A DNA stretch of 63,721 bases from a virus (taxonomy: Duplodnaviria; Caudoviricetes): IMG/VR virus record IMGVR_UViG_3300033273_000571, positions 1 to 63,721 of that record. One strand, 5' to 3'. The position numbers were made by a program, and so were the translations under genes. Of the stretch, positions 20,314-29,200 are shown piece after piece. The notes under the pieces are model-generated. The model worked only from the letters and a program-made list of their open reading frames with translations. It made no database searches and was not told where the DNA came from. The first letter of the stretch is position 1. Each line of letters opens with the position of its first letter.

Positions 20314-21038
20314 TTAGTTTTCCGTTTCTTTCTCATCTGCTTCTGAGCAATCTTAAATTTTTCAAGCTCAGTAATCATGTTATTTATCACCTTAATACGG
20401 CGCGTTAATTCACGCTTACCGAGGTGTGCGTATGCTACCTTTGCATCCTTGCAATTCCCACTATGAGCATCCTCATACTCAGGTAACATACGCTTTAAAT
20501 ACGCCACAACAGGTGCGACAGCCATACCTTTTAACTCATTGATCCGAAACGATGCAACAATATCAAAGTCAGTCTTCTCACCTTCATACCATTCATCTTC
20601 CATCTTATCAACGTCAAGCATAACTGTTGCATGGATTTTATTGAGTAACCTCTGCTGTGGCGTTAAGATCTTTTTTGTTTCACGTACCTCTTCTAATGCA
20701 GCTTTAGTACGTAAGATCCCTTTACCCTTTGCTAGCAATCCATCAAAATATGTTTTTACCTCTTGAGGATAACGTGCATATTCTTCCGGAAAGTCAATAT
20801 CATTATCCATACAATATGCTGCTGCAACGATTCCATTGTACATAGAAAAGTTCCACTCAGCATTTGCATTGATCGCCTTAGCATCTTCTTTCGAATAGTT
20901 TTTCTTGACATAGTCTTTGGCTAACTTGACAAGATCTTTCTTTTCGAGATCATAATGCATATAGTAATCAACGGCACGGAATCCACGATTTTGTGGAATG
21001 CCTCTGATACCAGTTTTCGCTCTTGGTTTAGTAGCCAT
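20310..21038 (-). CDS. hypothetical protein
   Basis: 242 aa ORF in a tightly packed operon. Confidence 0.75.
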   Translation of the reverse strand: MATKPRAKTGIRGIPQNRGFRAVDYYMHYDLEKKDLVKLAKDYVKKNYSKEDAKAINANAEWNFSMYNGIVAAAYCMDNDIDFPEEYARYPQEVKTYFDGLLAKGKGILRTKAALEEVRETKKILTPQQRLLNKIHATVMLDVDKMEDEWYEGEKTDFDIVASFRINELKGMAVAPVVAYLKRMLPEYEDAHSGNCKDAKVAYAHLGKRELTRRIKVINNMITELEKFKIAQKQMRKKRKTK

Positions 21039-21364
21039 TAGTTTCTTCTCATTGTCGCATAATCAACAGGATTATCGTCTTTACCTACTGGGACGATGTT
21101 GCTTTTGTGGAGGGTGGCGAGTCCTGTGATGTAGTCTCCGGAGTATTCTTTTGTTGCTGCTTTTGCTGTTGCATTTGCGTTGACTGTGAAGGCGTTGAAG
21201 GACGGTACGGACTCAGGTACGCGTACATATTTCCGGCTCGGAACATAATCTTTGAATTCCTGTGTGGTAGATGTGGATGCAAATTTCTTTGCGCGCTTTA
21301 ACTCACTACTATATATAGAAAGTTGCTTTTCACGAAGCAACTTTTTACGTCGACTTACTGCCAT
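21038..21364 (-). CDS. hypothetical protein
   Basis: GLATLHKSNIVPV motif of the kind seen in T4-like phages. Confidence 0.7.
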   Translation of the reverse strand: MAVSRRKKLLREKQLSIYSSELKRAKKFASTSTTQEFKDYVPSRKYVRVPESVPSFNAFTVNANATAKAATKEYSGDYITGLATLHKSNIVPVGKDDNPVDYATMRRN

Positions 21365-21546
21365 TGATCATATTCCTTCATTGCAGAATAAGTGTCTAAA
21401 ACACCAGAGCTTTGAATGGTATTATACACTTCTCTGTCGTCCATGTACACAGAATTTTCACGTGCTAGTTTAGCTGCAGCTTTACGCTCACGCTCAACTT
21501 TCTTAGCAACCCGCTTGATCATCTTCAAACGTTGTAACTTTGTCAT
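21355..21546 (-). CDS. hypothetical protein
   Basis: 63 aa, coupled to neighbours. Confidence 0.55.
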   Translation of the reverse strand: MTKLQRLKMIKRVAKKVERERKAAAKLARENSVYMDDREVYNTIQSSGVLDTYSAMKEYDQWQ

Positions 21547-21706
21547 AATTTAGTTTCCTCTCAAGTTCATAACGAATGAGCCGTAGCTCTTCAATTTTAG
21601 TTTCTACAAGTGATCTATCTACAACCTCTTCTAGAAACCCTAGATCTTCTTCAATCACGTTTAGTTTTCGAATTATCTCTTGATTTGTCATATACAAGAT
21701 TTCCAT
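21503..21706 (-). CDS. hypothetical coiled-coil protein (true start may be slightly downstream, MTNQ)
   Basis: ORF in operon. Confidence 0.45.
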   Translation of the reverse strand: MEILYMTNQEIIRKLNVIEEDLGFLEEVVDRSLVETKIEELRLIRYELERKLNYDKVTTFEDDQAGC

Positions 21707-21863
21707 CTTCGTCTGTTATAGAATACGTTGCAATGTTACGTGCACGATTCAAATGCTCTTTAGCATCTTGAACTGCGTCCGAGCGTGTACCTGGTAATCC
21801 ACCTACAACATCGTAGGTGTGAGTAAATCCGTGTTTCCAAGTAACAGTGACAAAATATTTCAT
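21651..21863 (-). CDS. hypothetical early protein, probably leaderless
   Basis: ATG (MKYFVTVTW) lies 7 nt below the promoter -10 box. Confidence 0.55.
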   Translation of the reverse strand: MKYFVTVTWKHGFTHTYDVVGGLPGTRSDAVQDAKEHLNRARNIATYSITDEDGNLVYDKSRDNSKTKRD

Positions 21864-21870
21864 GGTACCC

Positions 21871-21899
21871 ATTCTACCAAAGTTTTAAGGTAATGTACA
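21871..21899 (-). promoter_or_regulatory. early promoter
   Basis: TGTACA-N17-TAGAAT. Confidence 0.75.
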
Positions 21900-21908
21900 C
21901 ACTTTTTT

Positions 21909-22175
21909 TCAATTATTTTTATAAATGTTATACAAATATGTTTCAAACTGCTCGACCTTCTCAATACGATTTGGCCAATAGATGTATTCTTTTTCTGGAT
22001 TTGCTTTGAGATTGTTTAGAAGAGGTGTGACTGCATTATACAGTTTATCAATTTTATCTTGCATCTCTTCTGCCGTAGATGATGCAGTTTCTGCAGTTGC
22101 TGTTGCCTTTTGAACGGCTTCGAGTTCTGTCTCGTCAACTGCAGTAAAACCAAAATCGAAAATATCGTCTGACAT
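21909..22175 (-). CDS. hypothetical protein
   Basis: DFGFTAVDE, LLNNLK.NPEKEYIYWPNR; AGGAG SD; late promoter upstream. Confidence 0.75.
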   Translation of the reverse strand: MSDDIFDFGFTAVDETELEAVQKATATAETASSTAEEMQDKIDKLYNAVTPLLNNLKANPEKEYIYWPNRIEKVEQFETYLYNIYKNN

Positions 22176-22194
22176 AATAGACTCCTTTATAGCC

Positions 22195-22202
22195 TATTTA
22201 TA
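22195..22202 (-). promoter_or_regulatory. T4-type late promoter
   Basis: TATAAATA upstream of 21909..22175. Confidence 0.65.
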
Positions 22203-22211
22203 ATAAAGTGC

Positions 22212-22387
22212 GGAACGGGGGGATTAGGGTAACCCCCAAGGAAGTACGATCTGATGTACCTTTCATCTATGGACCTCCAACGACCTGACGTTCCTGCTAA
22301 GGACATGGGCGCTACCCCTTCGGTCTACCTTACCCCCCATCAGCGAGAGGCATTCGGTCACGTTCCTATCGGTGTTGCAATCACCGA
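22212..22387 (-). ncRNA. unidentified structured ncRNA immediately 3' of the tRNA
   Basis: GC-rich and ORF-free; terminal helix GGAACG/CGUUCC, four hairpins, complementary loops CUGAU/AUCAG. Confidence 0.6.
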
Positions 22388-22391
22388 ACTC

Positions 22392-22468
22392 TGGTCTCGT
22401 CGGCAGGACTCGAACCTGCGACCCTCTGCTTAGAAGGCAGATGTTCTATCCAGCTGAACTACGACGAG
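22392..22468 (-). tRNA. tRNA-Arg(TCT)
   Basis: CTCGTCG acceptor stem, TAGTTCAGCTGGATAGAAC D-arm, TCTGC-CT-TCT-AA-GCAGA anticodon arm, GGTTCGAGTCC T-arm, encoded CCA. Confidence 0.95.
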
Positions 22469-22618
22469 TAAAACTATAATTGCTATCCATATAAACCAAG
22501 TCTTATAAAAGAACTTGAAGATAACATTCAATAAACCTAGAAGGATGGCTACTCCCGCCAAAAGAGAGAGGAGAGAGAGCAGCAGAAGTAACCATTCTTC
22601 TAGATTCACACCGGCCAC
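22430..22618 (-). CDS. small membrane protein; 3' end overlaps the tRNA
   Basis: two hydrophobic segments. Confidence 0.4.
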   Translation of the reverse strand: MAGVNLEEWLLLLLSLLSLLAGVAILLGLLNVIFKFFYKTWFIWIAIIVLLVVVQLDRTSAF

Positions 22619-22797
22619 CGATTCAAATAAGAATCGACAATCGCTCTAAAGTCTTGCAGTGTGATTTCACCATGTTCTACAAGACTTACTTTTTCACCAC
22701 TATCAAGGAATTGCATATAGCGATCCACGATAATCAATTCATCCGTTTCAATTTTATAAACGAATCCCTTGTACGCATATAATGTTTGACCGCCCAT
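22606..22797 (-). CDS. hypothetical protein
   Basis: 63 aa, coupled to the upstream gene. Confidence 0.55.
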   Translation of the reverse strand: MGGQTLYAYKGFVYKIETDELIIVDRYMQFLDSGEKVSLVEHGEITLQDFRAIVDSYLNRWPV

Positions 22798-23213
22798 TAT
22801 GCCATCTCCTCTAGATCGGCATACTCCTCATATGGAAGAGGCTCACAGTCATCTGGAAGGCCTTTTTTCATTTCGGCCTCGAAAGCCTCAGCTTCCTTTT
22901 CAAGCTCGTACTGAGCGTTCAGCTGATCGCAGATGTTCTCATACATCGCCTTCATACGATCAATTGACATCTCGTCCCAATCAAGACGCAGACGGCAGCC
23001 ATACAGCTCCTTTGAAGCATCGCTGATATTATTGATCAGCGAGTTACGCTCGAAGTCCTCGACCGTAAAAATACCCATCTCGTTCCAGTGCGAGATATCG
23101 TCAGTCCACTTGGACATCCACAGACCAGGCTCCTGCTCCATCATATGATCAGCGTGAGCATTCAGCATCTCGATGTGGCGTAATAAATCTGTCATAACAC
23201 TATCCTCTCTCAT
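22797..23213 (-). CDS. hypothetical acidic early protein (start probably MTDLL after the GAGAGG SD)
   Basis: ORF directly behind an early promoter. Confidence 0.7.
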   Translation of the reverse strand: MREDSVMTDLLRHIEMLNAHADHMMEQEPGLWMSKWTDDISHWNEMGIFTVEDFERNSLINNISDASKELYGCRLRLDWDEMSIDRMKAMYENICDQLNAQYELEKEAEAFEAEMKKGLPDDCEPLPYEEYADLEEMA

Positions 23214-23224
23214 TTGATGGTACC

Positions 23225-23253
23225 ATTATATAGCGGGTAAATTCAGAAGTACA
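23225..23253 (-). promoter_or_regulatory. early promoter
   Basis: TGTACT-N17-TATAAT-GGTACC. Confidence 0.8.
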
Positions 23254-23262
23254 CAACTATTT

Positions 23263-23706
23263 TCACTTTTTTAATTCTTTTAATTTCAAAGACTTATAGT
23301 CATTACATAAAACTTCTTGAAGTTCGTATGCTTCTTTTTCCCATGGCAATTCCATATACTCTTCAACTGTTGAATACATTGCTATATATTCTTCACCTTT
23401 CCATGACTTAGTGAATTGATTAACATCCTTTGTTTCACCACGTGCGTATTGCTTGACGTGAACCATCTCGTGAGTCAATGCAGTAATGAAGTCATCACCT
23501 TTCAATCGAGAATCAACCTCGATGACAAACTCACGATTATCAACTGCAAGACAATAACCATCTGCGTGATCCATATCCTTTGATAGTTGAATGCAAATAT
23601 CAAGTGTTTTCATCCGTGGCATCAAACGATCAATACAATATTGCACTACCATTTCTGCCGTCTTACGTTTGAATTGGGATCCGCCCCATGCCATTACTGT
23701 ATTCAT
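23263..23706 (-). CDS. zincin-like metallopeptidase
   Basis: HEMVHVKQY and PWEKEAY motifs. Confidence 0.75.
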   Translation of the reverse strand: MNTVMAWGGSQFKRKTAEMVVQYCIDRLMPRMKTLDICIQLSKDMDHADGYCLAVDNREFVIEVDSRLKGDDFITALTHEMVHVKQYARGETKDVNQFTKSWKGEEYIAMYSTVEEYMELPWEKEAYELQEVLCNDYKSLKLKELKK

Positions 23707-24233
23707 GCTAATCTCTCCAAATATTGTTCACGCTTCTGTTCAATCATCGGATTCACAAGATCCGCACGTAAGTAACGGTAGATTGTTTGGAAACATTCAC
23801 CATGACCACGATCTTTGTCTTGTTTGTCTTTCAAGTACTGTGGGAACCAGTTGTAATAGGTGTACTGAATGAAGTGAGCCACTTCGTGAGCCACAAGGCA
23901 AAGCAAGATATCGCGATTATCGTTGACCTTGATTTTGCCAATCACTGGATCATTGTTATAACGGCTGTACTCATCCCATATTGAGTTACCAAACTGCCAA
24001 CACAACACGTTAATCTTAATCATATTGTGTCCAGCCCACGAACGACCATTACGACGAGCATAAACCTTCAGACGCTTGACTGCATTATCAATAGCAGACT
24101 TTGGAAGATTCAACTCGTACTTCTTCTTACGAAGGTGGCGAACGCAAAGCTTCACCACATCCTCGACAATTTTTTCCTTATCGCGTGGTATACTCATACG
24201 TTGATACCTGGAGTGAAACGCTCTTCGCGACAC
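23703..24233 (-). CDS. SprT-like metallopeptidase-domain protein
   Basis: AHEVAHFIQ and HGECFQ. Confidence 0.6.
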   Translation of the reverse strand: MSRRAFHSRYQRMSIPRDKEKIVEDVVKLCVRHLRKKKYELNLPKSAIDNAVKRLKVYARRNGRSWAGHNMIKINVLCWQFGNSIWDEYSRYNNDPVIGKIKVNDNRDILLCLVAHEVAHFIQYTYYNWFPQYLKDKQDKDRGHGECFQTIYRYLRADLVNPMIEQKREQYLERLA

Positions 24234-24397
24234 ACACGTGCAACCGCACGCAACTCACCTTTCACGTTGTCACACTTACGTGCAACACCAATCGCTTTCT
24301 CCATCACATGGCGCTTGCTAGTACCGAACAAACGGAAAGACTCGTGGTACATCGCGTCATGACCAGAAACCGTCACATCATATAAAGTCATATTCAT
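24194..24397 (-). CDS. hypothetical early protein
   Basis: GAGGAG SD and early promoter upstream. Confidence 0.6.
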   Translation of the reverse strand: MNMTLYDVTVSGHDAMYHESFRLFGTSKRHVMEKAIGVARKCDNVKGELRAVARVCREERFTPGINV

Positions 24398-24419
24398 CTC
24401 CTCATCAATTTATGGTACC

Positions 24420-24448
24420 ATTCTATAGTATAACTGAGGAGTTGTACA
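24420..24448 (-). promoter_or_regulatory. early promoter
   Basis: TGTACA-N17-TAGAAT-GGTACC with upstream A-tract. Confidence 0.8.
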
Positions 24449-24621
24449 CACTTTTTTTCACAAAAGTTTCTGTAACGTTATCAATTACTTACGTTTCTTT
24501 TTTACAGAAACTATCGGAGTTCCCCACAATTCTGCTGGAATATCCTCTCGACAAGGATAAACATCTGATCGTTTTCCGATCAATGCTTCATACGCTGCTT
24601 GTGCTTTCTTCTGGTGTTCTC

Positions 24622-25236
24622 TCATTTCTTTTTCTTCTCATGAACTTCAACTTTCACGTTATTACCTTGTTTAATTTTTAAATTATCATGAAAATGATGT
24701 AAAACAAATTCAGTTGCTTTAAACTCACTAAAGATATTTTCCCAAATTGGTCTCCAGTTACTCGATAATCTTACATTTGTTCGATCATCTCGTGGAGATG
24801 GCAAATAAAAATCAGAGCAAGATCTAAGGTTCATATCAAAGATAGAGTCAAATCCCCATAAGTGTACGATATCTGGTTTAAATTTAGAACAAGCATAATG
24901 TGTTGCCATATGACCACAATTGAAATCTGTATAATTAGCTACATATTTAGGCAAATGCAAATAGAATTCTTTGACTTGAGTAGACATTCTTACATACCAC
25001 TCAGGTTGCTTTTCCATCCAGATCTTAGGACGAAACCCAAGAATCCAATCACCAGGTAATGTTAATTCACCTTTTGTTAAAGCTCTCATCATTTTAAAAT
25101 CAACCATAACTGTACCATATGCATTCTCCACAGGAAACGGAGGCATATTGCAGGTAAGTATTAAACCTTTACGTGGTTCATCATTATAAAAATGAACGTG
25201 ATCACCGTTACCAACAATGTGCACAACTCTAGGCAT
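24622..25236 (-). CDS. glycosyltransferase-like protein (sialyltransferase/Maf-like fold)
   Basis: VHIVGNG, NCGHMATHYA, VHLWGFDS pattern. Confidence 0.5.
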   Translation of the reverse strand: MPRVVHIVGNGDHVHFYNDEPRKGLILTCNMPPFPVENAYGTVMVDFKMMRALTKGELTLPGDWILGFRPKIWMEKQPEWYVRMSTQVKEFYLHLPKYVANYTDFNCGHMATHYACSKFKPDIVHLWGFDSIFDMNLRSCSDFYLPSPRDDRTNVRLSSNWRPIWENIFSEFKATEFVLHHFHDNLKIKQGNNVKVEVHEKKKK

Positions 25237-25888
25237 TCATTTGTCTCCTAATCTCATCTTTGCCTTTTGAACCTGTCCAATGAACCACCAATGGATCTTT
25301 CGGTATTCGATTATCTATAGTCATATCAATACGCAAAACATTATATTTGTGCGGTAAGTCTTTTATGTATGTAATCTTTGTAATTGGATTCAACATGCCA
25401 TGTAATACTTCCTGATCCCCTACTGCTCGAGACCTAGCGACCTGATCCATCCACGCACCTAGAATAGGAGGCTTACCAATAAAACCTACAACACCAGAAT
25501 TATGCCATAGTTGACCGCGGCGTTCACACCACGGATGATCTTTCACCATTGCAAGTTTATTTGGTTCAAGTTGTTTAAAAATATCTGATATATCTCCACG
25601 GACTTCACAATCTAGATCGATCCATACAGTATTTTTTGCCGGAGATTTCCACATTGATTTTGGTTTTAAGAACCAGCCTTTTTCACGTTCGGCTTTCAAA
25701 TCAATAATTTCTTTTGCATGGCGTTTTGCAATAGCTAAGCCTTCAGGTGACATTCCAAAGTCAGCAACAATAACAGGGAGTTTATTATATTTTTTATAGT
25801 TTTCGAAAAACCATGGAAGCATCCATTCTTGTTTACTATCAGCTCCAGTTAAGAAAGCCCTATCAAATGATTTCATAAGCCTCTCCAT
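25229..25888 (-). CDS. GT-A glycosyltransferase
   Basis: WIDLD (DxD), NSGV, GDQEVL, HWTG. Confidence 0.75.
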   Translation of the reverse strand: MERLMKSFDRAFLTGADSKQEWMLPWFFENYKKYNKLPVIVADFGMSPEGLAIAKRHAKEIIDLKAEREKGWFLKPKSMWKSPAKNTVWIDLDCEVRGDISDIFKQLEPNKLAMVKDHPWCERRGQLWHNSGVVGFIGKPPILGAWMDQVARSRAVGDQEVLHGMLNPITKITYIKDLPHKYNVLRIDMTIDNRIPKDPLVVHWTGSKGKDEIRRQMNA

Positions 25889-26501
25889 AATTATGTTTAG
25901 CTAAACAACCTTCTGTTTTCTGAATCGTAGTAAAGTTATCTTTAGCCTCAGCACAAAACGGGTATACTTCCTTTAGATTATCAAAATGGCTTTTATTAAT
26001 AAAAATATCTGTGGGACATGCATGTGTTTTTGCTTTATCAACTAATTGCTGTGCTCCTTTCGGTGTAACATAATATGCGTGTGCGCCTGGAAAATATGGT
26101 TTAGTTGTCAATGGTCCTTCACCTAAAAATAATGGTGTATTCCATTTACCATAAGAAGGTTTACCTAGATTGACAATATCACCTCTTAAAAAAGGAATAC
26201 GTTCAGTTACAACTGCGTCATGCTCAAAGATTACATGAGGCTGAGTACCCGCTGCAGTCATTTTCCATAACCAATAGTGTGATAAGAATGCAGCTAGACA
26301 ATTATCAAAACGTGAATACACCTCTTCAAATCCATCAATAGGAATGTTTTCATCAGATGCAATTTTCATTGGTGAGTCTTTTGGAGTGATTGCTTTGAAA
26401 TAAGCAGTATTGATTCCGTTTTTCAAGCCAGATTGAATACAACGATCTGCAACTTGGCGAGATCGCACATTATCTAAAATAGTAATTACACTTGCTTTCA
26501 T
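25863..26501 (-). CDS. glycosyltransferase family 25-like
   Basis: FLSHY.LW, FEHDA, GAHAYYVTPKGA..L. Confidence 0.8.
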   Translation of the reverse strand: MKASVITILDNVRSRQVADRCIQSGLKNGINTAYFKAITPKDSPMKIASDENIPIDGFEEVYSRFDNCLAAFLSHYWLWKMTAAGTQPHVIFEHDAVVTERIPFLRGDIVNLGKPSYGKWNTPLFLGEGPLTTKPYFPGAHAYYVTPKGAQQLVDKAKTHACPTDIFINKSHFDNLKEVYPFCAEAKDNFTTIQKTEGCLAKHNYGEAYEII

Positions 26502-27178
26502 AATGTTGTAGTCGAAGGAGTACCCTGTACCTTTGTATAATAAACTTTACTTGAAGCCAATGTCTGAATTAATTGCTTACACATTAATGCGTCATTAGGC
26601 CAAGCACCAAATTCTTTTACCAGTTCAAGCATTTTCTTTGCTCCGCCTGGTTTAATTATGTATGCACTGTTTCCAGGCAATCCTTGAGGAACCATTAGAT
26701 CATCGATCGTTGGTACGCGTTGGATTGTCTGAGGATTCTTTTGCAATTTCTCATGGAAGTCTTGTGCTCTACGTGTTGCTCCACGTGGATCATTGAGCGA
26801 AATAATTTCACATTCTGCTTTCATAAATGCAGTCTCATCAAATGGTTTAATAAAAATTGCATCATGCTCTAATACCATTAATGGTTCATCTTGCTCTGCG
26901 CAACGCTTCCATAAAAGATAATGACTCAAGAAACAGCCAACACGACGTAAAGGATTTGCGGTTTGATAAGCAGTCTTCTTTACTCCTGCTTTCATATCGT
27001 ATTCTTCACCTTTCCACGGATAATTCCATTGAATGCGAAGTTCTCGCATAAACTTTTCAGCCATATCTTCAGTAACGGCTTCAAACTTTTTAACAGGGAT
27101 ATTTGCTGATTTGATGCATCGATCGGCTGCAGCTGATGACCTGGGATTATTACTAATTGTTATAACAAAAGCTTGCAT
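26498..27178 (-). CDS. glycosyltransferase family 25-like
   Basis: GCFLSHY.LW, LEHDA, AYIIKPGGAKK. Confidence 0.8.
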   Translation of the reverse strand: MQAFVITISNNPRSSAAADRCIKSANIPVKKFEAVTEDMAEKFMRELRIQWNYPWKGEEYDMKAGVKKTAYQTANPLRRVGCFLSHYLLWKRCAEQDEPLMVLEHDAIFIKPFDETAFMKAECEIISLNDPRGATRRAQDFHEKLQKNPQTIQRVPTIDDLMVPQGLPGNSAYIIKPGGAKKMLELVKEFGAWPNDALMCKQLIQTLASSKVYYTKVQGTPSTTTL

Positions 27179-27181
27179 TAT

Positions 27182-27763
27182 TTAATTTGAAACTCTCTTA
27201 AGCACAGTGTATCCTACACTATCGGTTACGTGTTCAATTATTTTCCATTGACCATTTTTAGCAAAATTCTCTAATACCTTGTATAATTGATTATTTGGCT
27301 TATTAAGAATTTTAGCTGTATCATGAGCTATAATATATTTTTTTACATTATGATGATGGTTATTAAGTTCTGCTGTCATAAACGGAGGTTTATGCACTGA
27401 ATCAATCATTAACATATCCACAACTGCAAGTGATCCTAATCCTCTAGAGTCAACTTCCTTTACCTTTAATTCGATATTATTTTCTCTAGCATATTTGTCT
27501 GCAATAGGACTTAGAAATTTTCTATATCTGCGCATATCAATATCTACTAATTGAACAAATTTAGGTTTACATAAAAGAGCAGCTGAAGCTGTACCTCCTT
27601 GATGTGTTCCAAGCTCCATATAACTTGTACATTCTTTCATGTATTTTTGAATAGCATCATGAATATCACAGTAATGGGCTCCATGGTTTTCTTCTTGTTG
27701 CCTTTTAATTTCTGAATGAAATTCTTCAAGTGTATTCACATGACTAAGTTCAGAATCTATCAT
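27182..27763 (-). CDS. class I SAM methyltransferase (Methyltransf_24-like)
   Basis: ELGTHQGGT, DMLMIDSVH, IIAHDT; start probably MIDSEL. Confidence 0.7.
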   Translation of the reverse strand: MIDSELSHVNTLEEFHSEIKRQQEENHGAHYCDIHDAIQKYMKECTSYMELGTHQGGTASAALLCKPKFVQLVDIDMRRYRKFLSPIADKYARENNIELKVKEVDSRGLGSLAVVDMLMIDSVHKPPFMTAELNNHHHNVKKYIIAHDTAKILNKPNNQLYKVLENFAKNGQWKIIEHVTDSVGYTVLKRVSN

Positions 27764-27765
27764 TA

Positions 27766-28626
27766 TTATACCTCGTATTTCAGCGCGTCTAAACACATAT
27801 CTTCTAAAGTTTTCTCTTCTTTAAAGTATTTTGATTCATAAGGAACCGTAGATATATCGACATCGCCGGGTCTTCTAGGTCCTTCCTCTACTTCAAAATC
27901 AACATTAGACACTTTCTTCATAGTATCTATTACTTCCTTAACCGTATATCCTTTAGGTGATCCTAGACAGTCTATTTCATTTGTAGGATCATTCTCTACT
28001 ATTCTAAGTAAGGAATCAACTATGTCTTTTACATGAGTATAGTTTCTTACACAAGTCCCGTCTCTAGTATCATAGTCAGTGCCGTGTATACACAGTTTGT
28101 CAAACTTACCGTTAACTACTGCTGCAGCCTTTCTTATGAGGTGACTATACTCATCATCAAATTTGCTCATTCCATCGTTACCGCTCACATTATAGAATCT
28201 AACAATGCTTGTCCTATCGTGGTATTGTTTAGCCACTAACTCACCAGCATATTTTGAGCCTGCATATGGATTGCTTTCTGGCTCAAATGCACTTCCAGTT
28301 GAACAGTATACAAAATGATCAATTGGTTCTATAAACGATCTGGCGACGTTAGCAGTTCCTATCACGTTTGTAAGATAATACCAATAAGGATTCTCTACTG
28401 ATTCAGGAACCTTTGTCTTAGCCGCAATATGAACAACTTTGTCAATAGTTTTTAATGCTCTGTGATGTACAGATATATCCCAATCAAAGGCCAAATCTAC
28501 ATATTCAGATATATCATTTTGATTAAAGTTATAGTCTACGGCCCAGATTGAATGACCCGCTTCTGCTGCTGTTTTAACGAAGTGAGAACCAATATATCCT
28601 GTGGCTCCTGTTACTAATAATCTCAT
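27766..28626 (-). CDS. galE: UDP-glucose 4-epimerase-like NAD-dependent epimerase
   Basis: TGATGYIGSH, YAGSK, RFYNV, GTDYDTRDGTCVRNYTHV.D, RRPGD. Confidence 0.88.
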   Translation of the reverse strand: MRLLVTGATGYIGSHFVKTAAEAGHSIWAVDYNFNQNDISEYVDLAFDWDISVHHRALKTIDKVVHIAAKTKVPESVENPYWYYLTNVIGTANVARSFIEPIDHFVYCSTGSAFEPESNPYAGSKYAGELVAKQYHDRTSIVRFYNVSGNDGMSKFDDEYSHLIRKAAAVVNGKFDKLCIHGTDYDTRDGTCVRNYTHVKDIVDSLLRIVENDPTNEIDCLGSPKGYTVKEVIDTMKKVSNVDFEVEEGPRRPGDVDISTVPYESKYFKEEKTLEDMCLDALKYEV

Positions 28627-29189
28627 ACGTTCCTTTTACAAATTAATACAGTAGATCCTTGACTTCCAATAAATACGTCTTTGTCTATAACTGTCAATCC
28701 ATTATTTTGTATCAATTCTTTTATTTCACTTTCTTTTGCATCTAAACAATCTACTGGTTCACAGACACTTTGACCTTCATTATATTCTATAAACAACGTA
28801 CCGGTTTCATTGAGTTGGTCTCTCCAAGTTTCTATTGTTTTTTTAGGATCATTACTATGATCAAATGAATTAGAATAAACAATATCAGCTTTTCCTATCC
28901 ATTCTTCTTTTGGGATTGAAAAATCGTGTTGAATAGTATTTTTAAATTGAGATGCAGTTTCACTTATTTCAGTTCCTATTATGTATGCATTAGGAAAATA
29001 GTTGAGGAAAAGTTCCATCTCTTTGCCATTTCTAGTCCCGTGGCATATAATAAAATTTGCATGTTTTTTGTACGCACAAATTTTATTAATCGCATGTTCT
29101 TTTACAAATACCCAGTCTATTTTTCTTTTATTAGCATTAGTTTGTGACTTTACATATTCTTCATATGACTTGTATTCATAAATTCTCAT
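28623..29189 (-). CDS. putative SAM-dependent methyltransferase
   Basis: CHGTRNG, DIVYSNSFDH. Confidence 0.6.
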   Translation of the reverse strand: MRIYEYKSYEEYVKSQTNANKRKIDWVFVKEHAINKICAYKKHANFIICHGTRNGKEMELFLNYFPNAYIIGTEISETASQFKNTIQHDFSIPKEEWIGKADIVYSNSFDHSNDPKKTIETWRDQLNETGTLFIEYNEGQSVCEPVDCLDAKESEIKELIQNNGLTVIDKDVFIGSQGSTVLICKRNV

Positions 29190-29200
29190 TTGTAAATTCC

